Shown here one piece after another: positions 1-8,406 of a DNA stretch of 64,000 nucleotides (within the stretch, counting starts at the first letter, position 1; every line of letters begins with the position of its first letter). Source of the DNA: Candidatus Omnitrophota bacterium (GTDB lineage: Bacteria > Omnitrophota > Gorgyraeia > Zapsychrales > JAHFFX01); assembly GCA_023247725.1 (NCBI GenBank), contig JAHFFW010000003.1:64704-128703 (forward strand), given 5' to 3'. The translations under genes and the position numbers were made by a program. The notes beneath the pieces are model-generated. The model was not told where the DNA came from. It was given only the letters and a program-made list of their open reading frames with translations, and did not search any database.

Positions 1-988
1 GCTCAAAAGTGTCCTTTCGAGTTCCGGGAACCTGATCGAAGATCCCCGCACCAATAGTCTCATTATTTCAGATTATCCCGCACAGTTCGCCTTGATTGAG
101 CAGACACTAGCTCGGTTGGATGTTCCTATCCCCCAAATTTTGATTGAAGTCGAAATGCTGGATGTTTCGAAGAATACAGCGGATCTTTTAGGCGTTAAAT
201 TTGGAGATACGCCATTGACCTTTACCGGCGCCGAACGTGATCATGTTTATCCCTGGAATCAAAATCAGCTTTTACGCAAAGGACTCATTGAAGATCCGCA
301 ATATCGGGTCGGGACCATCAGCGCTGCAGGACTCATAATGACCTTAAATTTCTTGCGCACGCAAACGGATACCAAAAATCTCGCGCGTCCTAGGATTTTG
401 ACCTTGAATAATGAAATGGCGGAAATCAAAATATCCACGAGTGAAGCCATCGGAGTCAGCCAAAAATCCAGTGGGACTGGAGGAGAAACCACAACCGTGC
501 AAGAAGCCGAACGGGTGCAAACTGGCGTTTTTCTCACGGTCACACCTCAGGCCAATCTGTTGACGGGTGAAATCACCATGGCCATCACCCCCAAAGTCAT
601 TCAGGCGAGGACCGGAGCCACATTTCAAGGCACAACCTTTAAAGATCCGGAGGAGCGCGGGACCCAATCTCTCTTGCGGGTCAAAAATGGTGACACGATT
701 GTCCTTGGTGGCCTGGTTCGAACCGACGTCAGCCATACGATTACAAAGTTGCCCTTTCTCGGGGATCTTCCGGTCATCGGCCGGGTCTTTCGCCATAATG
801 ATGAAGCCGAAGTGGAAAGGGAATTAATCATCTTCATCACTCCGCATATTTTGGCCGAAGATGGGACCATCCTTTCCGCCCAAGCCCAAAAAGTTTCGTT
901 CAATCCCATTTCACGCGAACAGGATATTCCAGCCCATCGTAAACAAGAAATCGACAAGGCTTTATTGATCATCGAAAACAAACGCTAA
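1..988 (+). CDS. Secretin (GspD/PilQ family), C-terminal part; the 5' end lies outside the window
   Basis: The reading frame is open from base 2 with no upstream stop. The translation has the secretin N-domain-like stretch NSLIISDYPAQFALIEQTLARLD and the conserved secretin C-domain (VKNGDTIVLGGLV, LPFLGDLPVIGRVF, ELIIFITPHIL). Confidence 0.85.
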   Translation, partial: LKSVLSSSGNLIEDPRTNSLIISDYPAQFALIEQTLARLDVPIPQILIEVEMLDVSKNTADLLGVKFGDTPLTFTGAERDHVYPWNQNQLLRKGLIEDPQYRVGTISAAGLIMTLNFLRTQTDTKNLARPRILTLNNEMAEIKISTSEAIGVSQKSSGTGGETTTVQEAERVQTGVFLTVTPQANLLTGEITMAITPKVIQARTGATFQGTTFKDPEERGTQSLLRVKNGDTIVLGGLVRTDVSHTITKLPFLGDLPVIGRVFRHNDEAEVERELIIFITPHILAEDGTILSAQAQKVSFNPISREQDIPAHRKQEIDKALLIIENKR

Positions 989-1000
989 AGCGATATCCTT

Positions 1001-2734
1001 ATGGCACATTTGAAACTGGGAGAAATCCTCGTCCAGCAAGGGGTCATTACGGGAGAGCAATTAACCCAGGCCATCGCCGCCCAAAAACAAACCAAAGGCC
1101 GCATCGGTGAACTCCTGGTCAAACAAGGGATCGTCTCTGAAGAAGATATTGTCGTTGCTCTTGCGACCCAATTCTTGCTCCCGTATTCTTCCAAAAAGAA
1201 TGACCTTCTCAAACCCCAGGCAGGACAAGGCCTCGAAAAAATCATACCTAAAGAATTTGCGGAAAAAAATGCGGTCCTGCCTTTATCCGTCAGTGATAAT
1301 CTCCTAACCGTAGCCGTTCATGATCCGCTGGATTTGATGCTCATTGACAATCTTAAAAGGATCTCGGGCTGTGAAGTGAATCTGGTCCTTGCGACCAAGT
1401 CCGAAATCAACCAGGCCATGCAGAGTTTTTATGGAATCATTCGTGCCAGCGGCGGAGCCTTATTAGGGCAAGCGGTGCAAAACACTTATGAAGCGGAAAC
1501 AACCTCAACCACCTTGAGTGCCGAAACGGAAACCTCCGGTTCCGAGGCCCAACTCAGTCTTGACAAGCTCATCGCTAAGGCCGAGGAAGCCCCGGTCATT
1601 AAATTGGTCGATTTGATTATCCGTCAGGCCATTGATGAACGAGCGAGCGACATCCACATTGAACCTTTCAAAGATAAAATCCGTTTGCGCTACCGCATCG
1701 ATGGATCGCTCTATGAAATTCCACCTCCGGCGAGGCATTTGCATTTGCCCATCGTTTCCCGCATCAAAATTCTTTCCAAATTGGATATTGCCGAAAAAAG
1801 ACTCCCGCAGGACGGCGCCATTGCGGCCAAATTGGAAAACCGGACCGTTGACCTGAGAGTCTCCACAGTTCCGACCGTCTGGGGAGAAAAGGCGGTCATG
1901 AGAATCTTGGATAAAGAGGCGGTGCCGCTGGAACTGAGCCGGTTAGGTTTTGATACCAAACAACTGGAGATCTTGCGCAAGGCGCTGCATAGCCCTTACG
2001 GGCTTTTCTTCGTGACTGGTCCGACGGGCAGCGGCAAATCCACCACCCTTTACTCGGCGCTCAATGAAACCATTGATCCCAAAAAGAATGTCATGACGGT
2101 CGAAGATCCGGTCGAATTTAAAATCGAAGGGATCAATCAGGTGGGAATAAAATCAGACATCGGATTAACCTTTGCCTCAGCCTTGCGGGCCTTTTTGCGC
2201 CAAGATCCGGATGTGATTATGGTTGGAGAAGTCCGGGATCTGGAAACCGCCCAAATCTGCGTTCGGGCCGCTCTCACGGGACACTTTGTTTTAAGTACAT
2301 TACACACCAATGATGCGTCCTCCGCAGTCACGCGCCTTATGGATATCGGCATTGAATCATACCTGTTGACGCCGTCCTTAATCCTGGTTTTGGCCCAGCG
2401 CCTCGCCCGCCGACTTTGCCAAAAATGCAAAGAGCCCTATGAACCGACTCTGGAAAATTCCGGAGGCATCAAATTTCATACGGATCTCATTTACCGCCCC
2501 AAAGGTTGCCACGAATGCAACCACACCGGCTACCGTGGCCGTTTGGTGATTGGAGAAGTTTTGCCCATCAATGACAGTATCCGCAATCTGATCGCCCAAA
2601 AAGCTCCCTACACGCAGATTCGTGATGCGGCCAGGAAAAATGGGATGAATACGCTTTTTGAAAGCGGCCTCAAAAGAGTCGAAGACGGTTTAACCAGCCT
2701 AGAGGAAATCCTCAATACAACGGCCTTGATGTAA
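1001..2734 (+). CDS. Type II secretion / type IV pilus assembly ATPase (GspE/PilB family)
   Basis: 577 aa. N-terminal T2SS-E N domain, Walker A motif GPTGSGKSTT, Asp/His boxes, and the tetracysteine motif CQKC...CHEC characteristic of GspE/PilB. Confidence 0.93.
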   Translation: MAHLKLGEILVQQGVITGEQLTQAIAAQKQTKGRIGELLVKQGIVSEEDIVVALATQFLLPYSSKKNDLLKPQAGQGLEKIIPKEFAEKNAVLPLSVSDNLLTVAVHDPLDLMLIDNLKRISGCEVNLVLATKSEINQAMQSFYGIIRASGGALLGQAVQNTYEAETTSTTLSAETETSGSEAQLSLDKLIAKAEEAPVIKLVDLIIRQAIDERASDIHIEPFKDKIRLRYRIDGSLYEIPPPARHLHLPIVSRIKILSKLDIAEKRLPQDGAIAAKLENRTVDLRVSTVPTVWGEKAVMRILDKEAVPLELSRLGFDTKQLEILRKALHSPYGLFFVTGPTGSGKSTTLYSALNETIDPKKNVMTVEDPVEFKIEGINQVGIKSDIGLTFASALRAFLRQDPDVIMVGEVRDLETAQICVRAALTGHFVLSTLHTNDASSAVTRLMDIGIESYLLTPSLILVLAQRLARRLCQKCKEPYEPTLENSGGIKFHTDLIYRPKGCHECNHTGYRGRLVIGEVLPINDSIRNLIAQKAPYTQIRDAARKNGMNTLFESGLKRVEDGLTSLEEILNTTALM

Positions 2735-2750
2735 TCTTAAAGGAAGAACC

Positions 2751-4001
2751 TTGACCAAATTCACCTACGTTGCCAAAGATAGCAACGGTAAAACAGTTAC
2801 TGAAATCACTGAAGCCAATGATCAAGAGAGTCTGATTGAACGCTTGCAGGGCCAGGGTTTTTTTGTCGTCAGCCTTCAGGAATTCAAGGCTCCCGCCCCC
2901 AGATCCCAACGTAAAGAAAAAGTTGACGACACTGGAAAAAAACTTAAAGAAAATTTCACTCACTCTAATATCGTCCTTGAAGACCAGCTGGTTTTTGCCC
3001 GCCAGTTAGCCACAATGCTCGAAGCCGGCGTGACGCTCCTGCGCAGTCTGGATGTTATCGTGGCTCAAGTGGAAAGCAAGGGGTTCTCCAAAGTTCTTAA
3101 TGAGGTCCGCCGTGATGTGGAGCAGGGGTCATCTTTAAGCGCCTCTCTCTCGAAACATCCCAAAGTCTTCAATCAATTCTGGGTGAGCCTCGTCGAAGTT
3201 GGGGAGGCCTCTGGAACCATGCCACTCGTTTTGGAAAAGTTAGCCTTTTATTTGGAGCAGCAGGAGGCTTTCAATTCAACGATTGTTTCCGCGATCATTT
3301 ATCCCGCCATTCTTTTTTGTGTGGCTGTCGGAGCCATTGCCTTTTTCGCTTTTTTTGTCGGGCCGAAATTTCAGGAAATTTTCGATTCCTTTGGAGTCAA
3401 ACTGCCTTTCATCACGATCGCGCTTTTGACCACATTCAAATTTGTCAAAACCAAATTCATCTTTATCGTTGCGGTGATCGCAGCGATCTTTTACGCATTC
3501 AAAAATTATATCCGCACTCCAAACGGTCAACTTCAATTTGAATGGTTTCTCTTCAATATACCTAGCTTCGGACGAGTCTTTAAACTCATCATCGTAGAGC
3601 GTTTTTCCTCACAAATGTCCATCCTCATTGATAGCGGGGTTCCCATTCTTTATGCCTTAGACATCACTCAACGACTGGTCAGCAACAAGACCTGTGAAAT
3701 AATCGTCGGTGAAATCAAAGAAAGCGTCCGGGAAGGCGAACTCCTCGTCGGCCCTATGCAAAAAAGCAATTTCTTTCCACCCATGGCTATACAGATGATC
3801 ATGGTTGGAGAAGAAACCGGCGAATTAAGTAAAATGCTCAAACACGTCTCTGCCTTTTACCAAAAGCAGGTGGAAACCTTTATGAAACGCTTCGCGACGA
3901 TGGTTGAGCCCATTATGCTCGTCTTTATGGGAGGTGTCATCGGTGTCATTGTGCTCGCGATGTTTTTGCCTATGTTTAATCTGACCCAGTTGGGACGATG
4001 A
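2751..4001 (+). CDS. Inner-membrane platform protein (GspF/PilC family)
   Basis: 416 aa with two repeated GspF domains and three TM segments. TTG start preceded by AAGGAAG. Directly follows the ATPase gene. Confidence 0.9.
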   Translation: MTKFTYVAKDSNGKTVTEITEANDQESLIERLQGQGFFVVSLQEFKAPAPRSQRKEKVDDTGKKLKENFTHSNIVLEDQLVFARQLATMLEAGVTLLRSLDVIVAQVESKGFSKVLNEVRRDVEQGSSLSASLSKHPKVFNQFWVSLVEVGEASGTMPLVLEKLAFYLEQQEAFNSTIVSAIIYPAILFCVAVGAIAFFAFFVGPKFQEIFDSFGVKLPFITIALLTTFKFVKTKFIFIVAVIAAIFYAFKNYIRTPNGQLQFEWFLFNIPSFGRVFKLIIVERFSSQMSILIDSGVPILYALDITQRLVSNKTCEIIVGEIKESVREGELLVGPMQKSNFFPPMAIQMIMVGEETGELSKMLKHVSAFYQKQVETFMKRFATMVEPIMLVFMGGVIGVIVLAMFLPMFNLTQLGR

Positions 4002-4411
4002 TTCGTCAATCTTGTGCATTTACCATGCTGGAAATGTTGGTGACAATCATGATTATCGGCGTTTTGGCAGCCGCGGCTCTTCCGGTATTTTTCCAGACCA
4101 TCGAATATTCTCGTGGCTCTGAAACCATGATTGCTCTTTCCACTTTGCGAAATTCCGTTGAACGCTGTTATTTAATGACCGCAGATTATACGCGTTGCAA
4201 TAGTATGATGATTCTGGACGTCGAGGATCCATCCAACCTTCCTAACGCCCACTTTTCATATACGGTTAACCCCAGCGCTCCAACCGCATTCTCCATTACT
4301 GCAGTGCGCAATACCCGTGACGGCGGTTCAACCGCCAGCACGATTTGGCTGAATTTCGACGGTTCAACAATTACGAAAGGAGGGACAGGAGCTTTTGGAG
4401 CGGTATATTGA
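3998..4411 (+). CDS. Prepilin-type pseudopilin / type IV pilin-like protein (paralog A)
   Basis: N-terminal class III signal with hydrophobic helix: AFTMLEMLVTIMIIGVLAAAALP (Ala rather than Gly at -1). The C-terminal end TAVRNTRDGGSTASTIWLNFDGS...GTGAFGAVY is shared with the 4764 gene. Confidence 0.75.
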   Translation: MIRQSCAFTMLEMLVTIMIIGVLAAAALPVFFQTIEYSRGSETMIALSTLRNSVERCYLMTADYTRCNSMMILDVEDPSNLPNAHFSYTVNPSAPTAFSITAVRNTRDGGSTASTIWLNFDGSTITKGGTGAFGAVY

Positions 4412-4431
4412 TTTACTCTTTCAAAATACAG

Positions 4432-4560
4432 TGGATCAATATACGATCATGGCCAAGCGCAACACCCGTGACGGCGGTAGCACCTCTAGTACTATTTTTT
4501 TTGACGAAACCACGATTGCGCGGGGAGGGAGCGGATCTTTCGGTGCAATCATGCGAACAG
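4432..4560 (+). pseudogene. Promoter-less pilin C-terminal cassette fragment (third copy of the RNTRDGGST...G(T/S)G(A/S)FGA(V/I) module)
   Basis: Translates as AKRNTRDGGSTSSTIFFDETTIARGGSGSFGAI. It shares a near-identical 21-nt stretch (cgcaa[t/c]acccgtgacggcggt) with the 3' end of the upstream pilin gene. It has no prepilin N-terminus and no RBS. Confidence 0.6.
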
Positions 4561-4617
4561 TCCAAAATTCTATAACTTATCCAAATTCCTGGACTTATAA
4601 AATAATTGAAATTCTTT

Positions 4618-4645
4618 TTGCTTTGCTTTTTTTGTCGGCTATAAT
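4618..4645 (+). promoter_or_regulatory. Sigma70-like promoter (TTGCTT-N16-TATAAT) in front of pilin paralog B
   Basis: Hexamers read directly: TTGCTT at 4618-4623 and TATAAT at 4640-4645, about 120 nt upstream of ATG 4764. Confidence 0.45.
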
Positions 4646-4763
4646 TTAAATGATAAACCAAAAAAAGGGGGTGATGTGCGCACAAGTAAACGGGCTGTGG
4701 TAACTTGCAAGCTAGGCTTTTAAAAAGCTAAAGTTGCATCCATTGAGGAGGGAAAGTAAGCAA

Positions 4764-5186
4764 ATGAGAAAAAATAATCGAAGCGGTTTTACCTTACTGG
4801 AAGTGATCATTGTCATCATCATCATCGGTGTTCTGGCAAGCTTGGCCCTGCCGCGATTCTTCAGTACCGTTGAATACTCCCGAGCTACGGAAGCCATGCA
4901 GTCCCTGGCCACGGTGCGGCAATCCGTCGAGCGTTGCTACCTGATGAGAAACAGTTTTGCGGCGCCCTGTAATGCCTTCGCAAACTTGGATGTGGAGGAT
5001 CCGGGTGGTGTTCCAAACGCGCACTTCACTTACGGATTCACCAACACCGCGAACGCATACACGATCACGGCGACCCGTAACACGCGTGATGGTGGCAGCA
5101 CTGCTAATACCGTTTGGCTCATGTTTGACGGAGCCGCGGGAACCGTATCCCGAGGCGGTACAGGCGCCTTTGGTGCAGTAAACTAA
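4764..5186 (+). CDS. Prepilin-type pilin/pseudopilin (paralog B of 3998); probable major subunit with its own promoter
   Basis: MRKNNRSGFTLLEVIIVIIIIGVLASLALP is a canonical G|FTLLE prepilin peptidase site. RBS GAGGAGGGAAAG. It is about 60% identical to the 3998 product along its length. Confidence 0.85.
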   Translation: MRKNNRSGFTLLEVIIVIIIIGVLASLALPRFFSTVEYSRATEAMQSLATVRQSVERCYLMRNSFAAPCNAFANLDVEDPGGVPNAHFTYGFTNTANAYTITATRNTRDGGSTANTVWLMFDGAAGTVSRGGTGAFGAVN

Positions 5187-5203
5187 GAAGTTCTGATCGG
5201 CTA

Positions 5204-5246
5204 AAAACCCCTGGCCACGTCCCCTCCAAAGATGTGGCCAGGGTTT
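5204..5246 (+). terminator. Stem-loop (10-bp stem CCCTGGCCAC/GTGGCCAGGG) after pilin B with a weak T-tract
   Basis: Perfect inverted repeat at 5208-5218 / 5234-5243 followed by TTT. The U-tract is poor, so terminator function is uncertain. Confidence 0.35.
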
Positions 5247-5490
5247 AAATATGAAAAGAGGAAGCAAATATCTTCATCAAAGACACGGAAAGACCACCGT
5301 GTCTTTTTTCCTTCGCCGGTCAAAAATTTATGGATCCCTACGGGCAAACCCTTGGTACCTTCATTATGCCCCGCCTGATCAGCAGCGGGCTTATCCGCTA
5401 ATGAATGCGATCGGCTTACCCCTCAGCAAACATCCAGCTTCGCTCAATTACTTTCCTGTTGAGCTTCGCAGAATAGCCCTGCGAAGCCGA

Positions 5491-6021
5491 ATGCGAAAGC
5501 AGTTCGACGAAGAAGGGCATCCGACGAAGCAGAAGCCTATTCGCATTCAAACACGGGCAAGCCTATCTTCTGCGAAGGCGGATAAAAATTCGTTCAGGGC
5601 CACACTCATACCTTCTCTCAAAAAAAATTCGGGATTCACCTTGATGGAAGCCATTGTCGTGATCATTATCCTGGGAACTATTGCAGCCCTGGCGATTCCC
5701 AATTATCAATCCGCTGTAGAGACGGTCCGTTCGCGCGAAGGGGTTAATACTTTAACCGCGCTCCTCAATGCTCAGCAGCGCTATGGTCTAGAAAATGGAG
5801 GGGTATTCACCAACGCTCTCGGCAATCTGGATATCACGATTCCCGGGTCCACCAGTTTTAATGCCCCCACGGTCGCCGCTGCGGTCAATCCCGGGGACAT
5901 CGCCGCTTCGGTACAGCGAACTGGCGGTACCTATGGAACTTATACTTTATCAATTACGCGGGGAGGGACGGTTTCCTGTGCGGGTGGTTCGGGTGGAATT
6001 TGTGGAAAAATAGGGTATTGA
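5491..6021 (+). CDS. Prepilin-type pseudopilin with an unusually long leader; start uncertain (the open frame begins at 5251)
   Basis: Internal class III signal KKNSGFTLMEAIVVIIILGTIAALAIPNYQ at about 5620. There is no ATG/GTG/TTG within 40 codons upstream of the G|F site. The nearest in-frame ATGs are 5491 (48-aa leader) and 5251 (125-aa leader). Confidence 0.55.
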   Translation: MRKQFDEEGHPTKQKPIRIQTRASLSSAKADKNSFRATLIPSLKKNSGFTLMEAIVVIIILGTIAALAIPNYQSAVETVRSREGVNTLTALLNAQQRYGLENGGVFTNALGNLDITIPGSTSFNAPTVAAAVNPGDIAASVQRTGGTYGTYTLSITRGGTVSCAGGSGGICGKIGY

Positions 6022-6022
6022 T

Positions 6023-6433
6023 ATGAAACAGTCAATAGAAAAAAATCCCCAAACCGGATTCACCATGCTGGAATTGATGGTCGTCGTCGTTATTATTGCG
6101 GTCATCGCCGGTTTTGCTATTCCTAATTATCAGCGGGCGGTGGAACGTTCCTATTTACGGACCGCCACGGCCAATTTGCAAGCCCTGCACAGCGTTCAGC
6201 AGATTTATCGTACCCAGAATGGGAATTACTGGGGAACAGGCGATGTCGCCGCCATTAATACCAATCTGGGTCTCAACATTATTGAAAGCGGAATGACCTA
6301 CACCTCGACAGCAGGGGGTGCCAATTTTACGGTAACAGCGGTCCGGTGGGGACCGGCAGCCACATTCACGGTGACCGTCACGGATACGGCGCTTTCCGGG
6401 GCCAATCCGGCGTGCTCGGGTTCATGTCCATAA
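6023..6433 (+). CDS. Prepilin-type pseudopilin (GspH/PilE-like)
   Basis: MKQSIEKNPQTGFTMLELMVVVVIIAVIAGFAIPNYQRA, 136 aa. Confidence 0.85.
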   Translation: MKQSIEKNPQTGFTMLELMVVVVIIAVIAGFAIPNYQRAVERSYLRTATANLQALHSVQQIYRTQNGNYWGTGDVAAINTNLGLNIIESGMTYTSTAGGANFTVTAVRWGPAATFTVTVTDTALSGANPACSGSCP

Positions 6434-6828
6434 CGAGAATCAAAAATCTCAAGATTTTACAATCCTCCGGCGGATTCACGATTGTGGAGGTCCTCGTTGC
6501 TACTGTCATTTTTACCATCGCTGCCTTAGGAACATTTTCCACGATTGCCTCGATCCGCAAACCCGCTGCGGTTTCTGAACGCAAACTGCAAGGCGCTTAC
6601 TACGCCAAACAGATTCTGGAAGATCTTCGGCCTCAGGTCGACGCACGTAACTGGAACCCGGCCACCGGTCAATACAGCAGCGGCGATCTGACGATGGGAA
6701 CCCATCTTCTTAGTACGACCACGATTAACGGAACTCCTTATATATCCAGTTATGTTGTTTCAACGGTTGCTGGGACTCCCAACCTTTTTCAAGTTCAGGT
6801 GATGGTCAATTGGACCGAAATTCCTTGA
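6424..6828 (+). CDS. Prepilin-type pseudopilin (GspI/PilV-like)
   Basis: Internal ATG at 6424 gives MSITRIKNLKILQSSGGFTIVEVLVATVIFTIAAL. The longer ORF from 6346 overlaps the previous gene and lacks an RBS. Confidence 0.75.
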   Translation: MSITRIKNLKILQSSGGFTIVEVLVATVIFTIAALGTFSTIASIRKPAAVSERKLQGAYYAKQILEDLRPQVDARNWNPATGQYSSGDLTMGTHLLSTTTINGTPYISSYVVSTVAGTPNLFQVQVMVNWTEIP

Positions 6829-6833
6829 ATGTT

Positions 6834-7463
6834 ATGAAAATTGGCATCCGTATTACACAAAAAAAGGCTCTGACGCTCGTGGAATTGATGATTTCCACGA
6901 TGCTGGTTGGGCTCATCATGCTCGGCGTTGCCTCGATTGATTACGCGACCAAACAGTCCCAGCAAACGACCACTCGGCGCAGCTTGGTGGCCATGCAGGC
7001 CGGGGCCATCCTCATGGACATGGCCAAGAATGCGTCCGTGGCGACAGGGACGTCCACGAATATTGGGATTAATTCCTCGCATATGGGAGCGGCGCCATGG
7101 AATGGCCCGACTGACTTGTGTGTCCGCCGGGATATCGATGCCACGGGGGCCTCCAATAATACGCCCTGGGATTTTGCCGATGATCGATGGGTCTGTTACA
7201 CGATTGCCAGCAGTCAAATGCAGCGATGTATTGTGGCCGCACCCGCGGCTTGTCCTTTGGGCAGTGGCCAAATGATTGCTCCTATCCAGGCTCTCAATGT
7301 TACGATTACGGCGGATAATACGTTAGGGGTAGGGGATTTTAATATTCTCATCACCGTGACGACGCGCTTTACCCCTGGAGCCGCGGTTGACCCCCTGAAT
7401 AATCCCGAGACCTCGGTCAGTACTCGAGTACTTCCATCCTTCCATAGTTGGATAGGTTCATAG
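6834..7463 (+). CDS. Pseudopilin-like protein (GspJ/PilW-like)
   Basis: MKIGIRITQKKALTLVELMISTMLVGLIMLGVA has an N-terminal methylation-type helix (ALTLVE variant). 210 aa, last gene of the pseudopilin run. Confidence 0.65.
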   Translation: MKIGIRITQKKALTLVELMISTMLVGLIMLGVASIDYATKQSQQTTTRRSLVAMQAGAILMDMAKNASVATGTSTNIGINSSHMGAAPWNGPTDLCVRRDIDATGASNNTPWDFADDRWVCYTIASSQMQRCIVAAPAACPLGSGQMIAPIQALNVTITADNTLGVGDFNILITVTTRFTPGAAVDPLNNPETSVSTRVLPSFHSWIGS

Positions 7464-7569
7464 GATTTAACTTTTCAGAATTGAAGATTTTGGTGGGAGA
7501 GCAGCCCCAAATTTCCTTTTAGAGAATCTATGGTATCGAGTGTTGCGCCGGTCTTTTTCTATTTAAATC

Positions 7570-7642
7570 GGGTCGGTAGCTCAGTTGGGAGAGCGTCTGC
7601 TCCGCAAGCAGAAGGCCGGGGGTTCGACTCCCCCCCGATCCA
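7570..7642 (+). tRNA. tRNA-Ala (anticodon CGC)
   Basis: Cloverleaf folded by hand: acceptor GGGTCGG/CCGATCC with the G3:U70 Ala identity pair, D-arm GCTC-AGTTGGGA-GAGC, anticodon stem TCTGC/GCAGA with loop TCCGCAA, T-arm GGGGG-TTCGACT-CCCCC, discriminator A. CCA is not encoded. Position 33 is C rather than the usual U. Confidence 0.8.
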
Positions 7643-7662
7643 TTAATTTCAAATTTCATCCT

Positions 7663-8406
7663 GTGCATCGCTTTTATAGCCCATCGATTCTTTCTGTGGG
7701 GACAACGATTGAAATCCTCGATCCCGCCGAGTTTCATCATCTGAAAAATGTTCTGCGGTTAAAGCTTCATGCGCCGGTAACGATTTTTGATGGGAAAGGC
7801 CAAGAAGCCTTCGGCATCATTGCGGCCATCAAGAAATCTTCCGCAACGGTACAGCTGCAAAAAGTGAAAAAATCGGAAGAAACAAAGCCCCGCCTCATTT
7901 TAGCCTGTGCCATTCCCAAAAATGCCAAATTCGAATTCATTATCGAAAAATGTACCGAATTAGGCATTGATGAACTGATCCCCATGCAAACCAGCCGCAC
8001 GATTGTGCGATTTTCGACTCAACAAAAAGAAAAAAAATTCCTCCGCTATCAAACCGTGGCCCTCAATGCGGCGAAACAATGCGTACGCTCGATGATCCCT
8101 CGCATTCATCCGGTGACTTCGTTCACGCAAGTTTTAAGACAACGCTCGCCCAATGGCCTCGGTCTTATTCCCATTCTGTTCGGAAATCGTCAACTGCTTC
8201 TGCCCGCGCTGCAACAAGCCATCAGCGCCCCTCAAATCATATTTCTGATCGGACCCGAGGGGGATTTTACAAAAGAAGAGGGGGCGGCCGCCGGCGCAGC
8301 GGGCTTCTCACCCGTATCATTAGGTCCAACGACATTAAAGGTGGACACAGCCGCCATTTCGGTCGTGGCGGCGGCTCATTTCGTTTTTGACGCGCACTCC
8401 CCTTGA
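7663..8406 (+). CDS. rsmE: 16S rRNA (uracil1498-N3)-methyltransferase RsmE
   Basis: HRFY N-terminal motif, PUA-like N domain, SPOUT-type C domain with LIGPEGDFT. The annotated ORF start at 7585 overlaps the tRNA, so the in-frame GTG at 7663 was chosen. Confidence 0.8.
   Translation: MHRFYSPSILSVGTTIEILDPAEFHHLKNVLRLKLHAPVTIFDGKGQEAFGIIAAIKKSSATVQLQKVKKSEETKPRLILACAIPKNAKFEFIIEKCTELGIDELIPMQTSRTIVRFSTQQKEKKFLRYQTVALNAAKQCVRSMIPRIHPVTSFTQVLRQRSPNGLGLIPILFGNRQLLLPALQQAISAPQIIFLIGPEGDFTKEEGAAAGAAGFSPVSLGPTTLKVDTAAISVVAAAHFVFDAHSP

Noticed and set aside
5251-5490. Treating the full 256-aa ORF at 5251 as a novel N-terminal domain fused to a pilin
   Set aside because: The extension has no hydrophobic or signal feature and is rich in inverted repeats. 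It follows a stem-loop and is better explained as structured non-coding leader. It is kept as a finding rather than a confident CDS call.
7585-7662. Annotated ORF start at 7585 for the RsmE gene
   Set aside because: It would overlap the tRNA-Ala gene (7570-7642) on the same strand. RsmE homologs begin near the HRFY motif, so the in-frame GTG at 7663 is more plausible.
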